A stretch of 57,360 nucleotides of DNA, the filler included, from Thelocarpon superellum (lineage: Eukaryota), in assembly GCA_026025795.1 (NCBI GenBank). It is 4 parts of 4 records of this genome, joined end to end, with 100 filler letters (N's around TTAATTAATTAA, not from the genome) between each part and the next. Parts side by side here need not be neighbours in the genome. Positions count along the whole stretch, not along the records: positions 43,137 to 57,360 come from JAPEUG010000436.1; 3 more parts are not named here. One strand, written 5' to 3'. Numbering within the stretch: position 1 is the first letter of the stretch; each line of letters opens with the position of its first letter. A program made the translations under genes and the position numbers. The notes under the pieces were generated by a model. It made no database searches, was not told the origin of the DNA, and saw only the letters and a program-made list of their open reading frames with translations. Shown here piece by piece: positions 49,966-57,360 of the stretch.

Positions 49966-51712
49966 ATGACGGTAGATGATACCGTTTCCTCGCCATCGCG
50001 AGGCCAGGGGCTGCACGATGGCCCCGTCACCGTGCTGGCCTCAACCCGGGCCGTGATCGACGGCCGAGTGCAACCAGCGACGATCGTGATATCAACCACG
50101 ACGGGGAAAATCACCTCGATCCGAAACTCGGTGTTGCCCGCCAGCGACTTCCCACCCGGGAGCACGTACGTGGACCACAGCCCGCATTATCTGCTGCCGG
50201 GCCTCGTGGATGCCCACGTACACCTCAACGAGCCGGGCCGCACGGAATGGGAGGGCTTCTGGACAGGGACGCGCGCCGCGGCCTTTGGCGGCGTGACCAC
50301 CGTCGTCGATATGCCGCTCAATGCCATTCCGCCGACCACCACCGTCGCGAACCTGCACGAGAAGATTGCGGCTGCCAAGGAAAAATGTTGGGTCGACGTG
50401 GGCTTCTATGGCGGAATTATCCCAGGGAATGAGAAGGAGCTCAAGGGCCTGGTCCGAGCTGGCGTACGGGGGTTCAAGGGGTTTTTGATCGATAGCGGGG
50501 TACGTCCAACTCTACTCCAGTCTGTCCCCGTCCAGTTCGGTCCCGCCCAATTGACTCCCATCCACGTCACAGATCGGATGATGACGAGGAGGCAGACGGC
50601 CAGCTGACGGTGCACAGGTGGACGAGTTCCCAGCCGTCAGCACGTCCGACGTGGCCAGGGCAATGGAGGAGCTCAAGGACGAAGACACGGTGCTCATGTT
50701 CCACGCGGAGATGCTGCCGCCCATCTCCGACTCCGTGGGCGACGCCGTGCAGGCCTCGCTCCCACCACTCGCACCGCACGGCGAATTGCACCACTACTCC
50801 ACCTTTCTCGCGTCGCGGCCGGCGTCATTCGAAACGTACGCCATCGACAGCATCATCTCGCTGTCTCCGCTGGCCCCAAAGCTACCCCTGCACATCGTGC
50901 ACCTCAGCGCCACCGAGGCTATTCCCATCCTGCGCGCCGCCCGCGCCGCCGGTATCCCCATCACCGCCGAGACGTGCTTCCACTACCTCTCGCTAGCAGC
51001 CGAGCACATTTCCCACGGCGACACCCGGCATAAATGCTGTCCGCCCATCCGCACGCAGACGAACCAGGACGGGCTATGGGAGGAGGTACTGAGGGGAGAG
51101 ATGAACGGAGGAGAGAAGGGAAAAGGGGACGGCGTGATCCAGACCATCGTCTCAGACCACTCACCGTGCACGCCAAATCTCAAGCTCCTGCCGGCGCACA
51201 TTCCGCCCGCCTCTGCCACCACCTCCTCTTCACCTGCTTCCCACACGGGCGATTTCTTCTCAGCATGGGGCGGAATATCGTCCGTGGGCCTCGGCCTCCC
51301 TATTCTGTGGACGGAGAGCAAGCGACGAGGAGGCGCCACGGCTCCCCACCGCCCCTGTCTGTCCCTCGCCCAGATCGCCCACCTCTGCGCCACAGCACCA
51401 GCAGCTCAAGTAGGGTTGAGCTCCAGCAAGGGCAGCCTGAACGTCGGTAAGGACGGCGACGTGCTGGTCTTCGACGACGCGGCGCAGTTCGTCGTGCGCA
51501 GGGAAGATAGCATGTTGTGGAGCAATAAGTGCTCTCCCTACGAAGGACGCGCCTTGCACGGCGTCGTCACGCATACTTGGCTTAGAGGTCGGTTGGTTTT
51601 TACGCGACGTCTGGAGCTCGAAGGAGCGGGAGATGGAGAGGGAGAGGGGTTCGATGAGACGAAGGGACCGCAGGGGAGATTATTGCTTGAGCCCCGCGGA
51701 GGCGGGCCGTAG
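49966..51712 (+). CDS. DAL1: Allantoinase
   Basis: PGLVDAHVHLNEPGRTEWEGF, DMPLNAIPPTT, GFKGFLIDSG|VDEFP, HIVHLS, KCCPPIR, VSDHSP and AWGGISS. Intron 50500-50617. Confidence 0.95.
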
Positions 51713-51735
51713 TCGAGATGGCGGGGTATCTTTCC

Positions 51736-51736
<1 letters not shown>

Positions 51737-51795
<59 letters not shown>

Positions 51796-51848
51796 CATCA
51801 TAATCATCATCATCCTCATCATCATCATCATCATCCTCATCCTCATCC

Positions 51849-51897
<49 letters not shown>

Positions 51898-51921
51898 CAT
51901 CATCCTCATTACCATCATCAT
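51737..51921. repeat. Long imperfect (CAT)n microsatellite between convergent genes
   Basis: About 60 CAT units interrupted by CCT, AAT and TAC variants. Confidence 0.97.
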
Positions 51922-51974
51922 TTTATTTACCTCGTCCGCCATATGTACATGCACTTGGAAACGGACCGCCTCCC

Positions 51975-53934
51975 CTACTCCCTCTTCAGGCCCACGCGTC
52001 CGATGCGCCGCAGGCCCCACGAGCTAAAGAGCAACATGCCGCACATGGCGCCGAAACAAGCCCAGAACGTGGCGCGGTATCCCTTCATCAGTGCGTCGGT
52101 GCTGTCGCTCTTACCTCCGCTAGCTAGCGAAGAGCGCCCCTCGGCCGCCATGGTCACGGACGAGGCGATGATGGCCGTGATGGCCAGACCAACGCTGTTG
52201 CCAATCTGCGACAGGGTGTTGAACACGCCTCCGGCGAGACCGTGCGTGCGTGATGGGAAGACGGAGGTGATCAGGAGGTTGGATACCGTGAAAAGGACTG
52301 AGTCGAGTGAGTTGCTTTACGATAGAAGACAGGAGAATGCACAAGGGGGCAGGGGAAGAGTGTACTCACCATCGGCGCCAATGGGCGAGAGGAGCGTTGC
52401 TGGGAACGCCGCGTACCAGTACGACCAGGCGGGATGGGAGAGGGCCATGAGGAGAGGGGACAAGGCGGTAAGGGTACCAGAGACGAGCACGAGGATGTTC
52501 GCCCGGACGCGGTTGACGAGGAAGCCGGTGCCGATGTTGGTAGCGCAGCCTGCGACGACCATGGGGAGGAAGCGGACCGAGGTCGCGATGGCCGAGAGAC
52601 CCTGCACGTTCTGGAAGTAGAGCGTGATGAAGAACTGGTAGGCGTTGAACGTGGCCCAGGTGAAGAACACGGTGATGCAGATGGTGGTGAAGACGCGGTT
52701 CTTCCACAGTGAGTTCGGGATGATGGCTGCTTTCCCGAGACGTTCTTGTCGTCCCACCCACACCACGAAGCATGGAAGGAGCGCCACCGCGATGCAGAGG
52801 AGCGTGATGTTGACCCGGTCTCCGAGTCGACTGACACTGGCGGTGACCATGCTATCGTACGTGTTAATTCTAGTCCAAGGGAAAAGAGGATAGGGAAGAG
52901 GAGGGCAGGGGAGGGGCCAGGGAAGTCCTACGCAAAGACATAGGAGAGCAATCCCAACGACGTGCTCGCCAGGAGCGCCCCCAGCCAGTCAATCTCCTTG
53001 GATAATTGGTTCCACGTCACGGGCACGGCCTTTCTCGGGTCCGACGGGAGGCCCCACATGGCGCCCAAGAAGACGACGATATTGACCACGGCCGCAATGT
53101 AGTATCCATATCGCCAGCCGATGCTGTCCACAAAGATGCCGCCGAGGACGAGGCCGAGGGAAAAGCCCACGGGCTGCGCGGCGCCCAGACAGGCAAACGA
53201 AATGTTGCGACGTTGGCCGGTGGAGAAGGTATTGGTGATGATGCTGACGGCGGAAGGCAGACAGCACGAGATGGCGATGCCCTGACAGGCACGGAACAGG
53301 ATCAATTGGATGCCTGTCCGGGCCAGACCGCATCCGAGGGTGAAGGCGACCAGGAGGCCACATCCGATGAGGTACATGAGCCGACTGCCCACAACGTCGG
53401 CGATCGAGCCGGACAGGAGGAGGGTACAGCCACAGGTCAATCTACGACGGGTCAGACTCGGGGCTAGGCTCGGGCCAAGTACTGCACTGAATAGGGGTGA
53501 CCTCACGCGTAGACACTGGCTGGCCTGGGTGGAGAGTGGATCAGCGGCGGGCACGCAGGCTACGGCGGTCACGATGGACGATCACGGGCGGTGGGACATC
53601 ATGCCGATTGTCGGGTCACGTACCAGAGTAACAGGTTCGCATCCAATGCCAAATCGCGGGCGATGGTGGGCAAGGCCACGGTGAGCACGCCGGTTAGCAT
53701 GCTATTCAAGAAGGTCATGCTGGCCACGGTGCCGACGATGACGACCGTGCGGATCTGAGAGACCAGCTCATCGTGCGTCGGCACCAGGGACTCGGACACC
53801 ACCCGGTGGAGATCGGTCTCGGGCGTGGTCGCCTCAAGACTGTCTCTGCCGGGAGACGTCCGGGAGATTATCACGGCCGTGGGCAAGGGCACCGTCAGGT
53901 TGGGCAGCTCCATAGTCGTGGACGTTTGAGCCAT
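51975..53934 (-). CDS. MFS drug:H+ antiporter-like transporter (DHA2/14-TM type), multi-exon
   Basis: LTVALPTIARDL, motif A GSIADVVGSR, FRACQGI, IDWLGA, YFQNVQGLS and GGVFNTLSQIGNSVG; many TM segments. Confidence 0.9.
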
Positions 53935-54370
53935 GATCGTAAAGTGTCCTCATCCGCCTTTTATGGACTGACCATCTATAGAATCTATCCCTACCTGACA
54001 TGTCGAAAGAAGATGATTTTCACGAACGGCATGGTGCCGGAGCTTGAGTCAATCCAGGTCCACGCCGTGCTGGTGACGTAGCTGCAAATGGGCGACGGTG
54101 AGGCGAGGCCGGACCGGATTTACTTTGGTGCGGCTAACCTCTGGTCGCCATGGCCCATTCGCCCTACCACGCCGATTTCTCCGACCCCGGATTCTGCCAT
54201 TGTCATGCATGAAAATTGTCATTGAAAATCTTGAGGAAATACATGAAGAAGGTCCAATAGTCTCTGGAGAGGAATCTTTGCAGTGGTGATTCGCATCTTG
54301 GCCCCGTTCTGCGACCGGAGGACGACCCTTCCGAAGCTGTTGGCATCCAGGAGACGACGAGCGGACGAAG

Positions 54371-55562
54371 CTACGCCGCAAATGGCACAGCGCCGTGCGA
54401 GAGTGATTCGGGAAGAGGTGGAAGGTCCGCAGAGTTCGAGGCTTTGGCCGGCGTTCCATTCTTCGACCGAGGTCCGGAGCTCGACGTGCGCGCAGGGGAT
54501 TCAAGTTCATTGATGGCCTCTTGCACCCGGACTCGTCCATTCAAGGGGTCTTGCGTGTTGGCCCGAGGATCAACACCAAAGGCCAGATCTGCCAGGGAAA
54601 TTTCATCGCTGTACGGCGTCGACGGTCCAGCAGAGTCAACTGGGGCAGGAGGTCCGTTCGGCAACGTCGGATCATTGCCAGCGTGGATGAATTGCGCTTG
54701 CTCGAGATCTGGTGGGCCGCTCATGGTCCTTCCGTCGGTCATGGAAACTTCGTCGGCGATGCTCTGTGTGGCAGTCACCGCCATCATCGCGCTCGCTGGA
54801 TGATCACCGACGCCGGCACACATCTCGGAGGACGTCACATTCGGATCGGGCCATAAAGGGGGCAAGTGGATGTCGGTGGTATCGAGTGCACGTCGCATGT
54901 CCGCCAGCCAATCCGGCATGGATGTCATATACGCCACTCGCTCTCCTTTCCCCCAGGTGACGTTGCGGCTCCAGATCTGGCCAACGACAACGTTGCTGTC
55001 ATTGGTAAATATGCAGGCACCTGAGTCACCCCCCTTCCCAATTCCGCCGGAGACCCAATCAAATTCACTCTGACGGGGCCATCGCTTCACCGCCCACTCC
55101 CTCGATTCATGAAACCAAAGCGAGCGAGTGGGAGATTCTTCCTTGGCCGAGAACGAACAGCTCAACCCGGGAGTCAAGGAGGGCTAGAGCGCGTGCAAAG
55201 GGGGGAAGGTGGGCGGGGATTGAGTGTCCGAACGGAATTCCGCACGATCGTGCACGTCCATATTTCGGTAGATGTTCGAGGATGAATCGCGCGCTAGTCG
55301 GCCGCCGACTGTCTCGTCGTAATTGTCATCGGCGCCCTCGTCAGGGCTGCAGACCCTTTTATTGTCTTCTTGTACCGTACAGCATCAGCACACTGCCTGC
55401 CCCTCCTAATAACGTTAACCATCCTGGAGAGACCGAGGCGCTCTTACCTTTTCCAACAACACACGAACTGCAGAACTGATGGAAACAGTCATTGATTGGA
55501 CAAGCAACAGCGGACTCAAGACAGAGAGACCCTTTGCCGCATTGGCAGCACACGATATCCAT
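54371..55562 (-). pseudogene. Broken or partial gene: Cys-rich zinc-ribbon-like exon plus a C-terminal fragment of a fungal trypsin-like (GDSG) domain
   Basis: MDIVCCQC...CPINDCFHQFCSSC exon, putative intron 55369-55447, in-frame TAG at 55184-55186, then GGIGKGGDSGACIF...VGQIWSRN...AYMTSM. Catalytic His and Asp segments are not visible. Confidence 0.5.
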
Positions 55563-56020
55563 CTCGATTGTGCCCGATGAAGGAAGGATGACTCGGGCTT
55601 CACGGGGATGGTTGACCGAATATTCCAGATCAGGGAAGCTGGGACGGATTTATCAAGGAAAGTAATCCTTGGCAGGCAGCCGCACGGCAGCTGTCCGATA
55701 AGTGCGCAGGTGGGTCGTGGACCAATAGTCCCGGTGCAATTGGGCGCCGGGCGGGGGGGCCCGGGGGTAGGCGGGCGATGGACGAGGCGCTGCGGGCGCG
55801 GGACGGACGTACCCACGTCACCGAGCTTCTGCACGGCCCTCCGTGAAGGGGCAAGCTACTGTGAGCTGCTGACATGGCCTAGGTCCGCCTCACTTGTGCC
55901 CAAGCTTATCAGCGATCGGGCGCGGGACGATAGGTGGTAGCCTTGCGGATTGGGGAGCTTGATTGGGCCTGCAGGATGGACCCCTCCACGGGGGATTCCT
56001 CTGCTCTGCGTGCGAGGATA

Positions 56021-56911
56021 TCATTGGCGTGCCCGGTGTCTCGCTTGCACACCTTCGGGACGCATTGGCTTGACCGATGCCACGGGCACCACCTTCGGAG
56101 GTGCATCGGCCTCGATGACCCAGGTGTTGATGACCTGCTTCGTCTCCACCGCTCTTTTGCCTTTGATCTTGGCTTCTTTGAGCCTTCGTAGATAGCCAGC
56201 GTATACAACGACTTCGGCCACGGCCACCAGACCGCTTCCACCCATGCTTAAGCCGAGTCGAGGCGCCGCGCTCCAGTGACTGGCGACCATCCAGATGGCG
56301 ACACTACAGGCGACGATGGTAATGAGGACATTGATGACCAGGGCCATCTGTCGTCCGACATCGGCATAGGTAAGATCATCGTCGTCCATGTCGAGGGCGG
56401 TCGTAGGGGAGGAGGTATGGGCGTGAGGCGTGAGCGGGAAACGCTGCCTGCGACTGGGGGCGTCGCCAGTAGATGAGGGCTCGAGTAACTTGTTGTATGC
56501 CCGCTGCTCTTCGTCACGCCGCAGACGGGCCATGAGCGCCTTGTACTCGGATGTCTGTGCATGCGTTCATGTCAGGGAATATCCTCGCGGGATTGCCTTG
56601 GACGGTGGGAAGCTCACTGGCTCAGCCTCGGGGGAAGGTGGCGGTACGAAGACGTGGGACCCTCGCAGTAAGAAGTGTAACGAATAGCTCGGCACAGGTC
56701 CATCTTGGAGCCGCTGGTTGTGCGACTGGTAGTGCTTTTGCAACCGACGAGAGACATCAATGACCTGGGCGTGGGCGATGGGATTCCCCATGGCCGGGTG
56801 AGCTATGGACGGCTCTTCCGGGTAGAGATCTGGTGCTGTGGACCCCAGCTCGAGCCGGTGGTAGTCCTCGATGGCCGAGACCATGGCCGCGGTCATTGTG
56901 AGGAGCACCAT
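56021..56911 (-). CDS. VMA12: ER V-ATPase assembly factor Vma12/Vph2 (TMEM199 family)
   Basis: MVLLTMT, GNPIAHAQVI, LLRGSHVFVPPP|TSEYKALMARLR and two C-terminal TMs ending VAVAEVVVYAGY. One intron about 56555-56617. Confidence 0.9.
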
Positions 56912-57330
56912 GGTCCGCCAACGAGAGAACGGTGATAGCTTCCATAGATCAAGGACATCCGAAAGGATATCGAAGCTTCATGATCCCGATGTTTGCCTAG
57001 GCTCCTGGTCCTGGACCGTGAGTGGTGTGATGCCCAGGTGCAGCTGTCATTGAGCCTCGGAATAGGATTATGTCAGCGCGAGCGAACTCAATCGATCAGA
57101 AATGGATTTCATCATCTGTTGACGCAGGAAGCACCAGGCTGTAGAACGTCCCGCGCGGTGCATTGCGTGGAAAGCAGGCATGCGTTCAGCTGATGAGATA
57201 TTACCCTGAGCAGACTGAGCGACGGGGGGGAGAACCAGGATGCATTCACGTCCATTGCGAGCTTCACAGCTCCCCACTTTCATCCCTCTCCACGTACGAC
57301 GACGATTCGCCTGTGCATACTGTGCAGCGT

Positions 57331-57360
57331 CCACGGCCACGGCCACGGCCACGGCCACGG
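57331..57360. repeat. (CCACGG)n hexamer repeat at the window end
   Basis: Direct reading; a likely cause of an assembly break. Confidence 0.85.

Noticed and set aside
51538..52620. Poly-His (51718-52620 +) and poly-Met (51538-52020 -) ORFs
   Set aside because: They are translations of the (CAT)n microsatellite, antisense to the MFS and DAL1 genes.
49966..53934. Allantoinase plus MFS transporter as a purine-catabolism cluster
   Set aside because: The transporter is DHA2-type rather than an allantoin or allantoate permease family member, and no other DAL genes are adjacent.

Overview
Intron-containing, GC-rich genomic DNA of a filamentous ascomycete (Pezizomycotina, inferred from RPB2, TOM6, VMA12 and short GT-AG introns with CTRAC branch sites). 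The window is not one locus. It is four contigs of 14288, 14286, 14262 and 14224 nt, joined in descending size order by artificial 100-nt N44-TTAATTAATTAA-N44 spacers. Contig 1: MSH3, two tandem paralogous secreted multi-domain Cys-rich proteins, NF-X1/FAP1 and the 3' end of BEM46. Contig 2: a phosphotransferase pseudogene, a secreted alpha/beta hydrolase with one in-frame TAG at a conserved Trp position, a GPI-anchored GH16 Crh-type enzyme and epsin. Contig 3: a third small Cys-rich secreted protein, a TPR/F-box/LRR gene, CTNNBL1, RPB2, TOM6 and the start of a GMC oxidoreductase. Contig 4: a UVI-1-like secreted protein, glycyl-tRNA synthetase, a Sas2-like MYST acetyltransferase, allantoinase, an MFS transporter, a broken GDSG-motif gene and VMA12. 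Three signals stand out: an unassigned family of secreted, probably Kex2-processed modular Cys-rich proteins; an unannotated ~150-bp dispersed element with a conserved hairpin on at least three contigs, one copy lying behind a tRNA-like head; and the single TAG-for-TGG in an otherwise intact hydrolase. All calls were made by eye without database searches.
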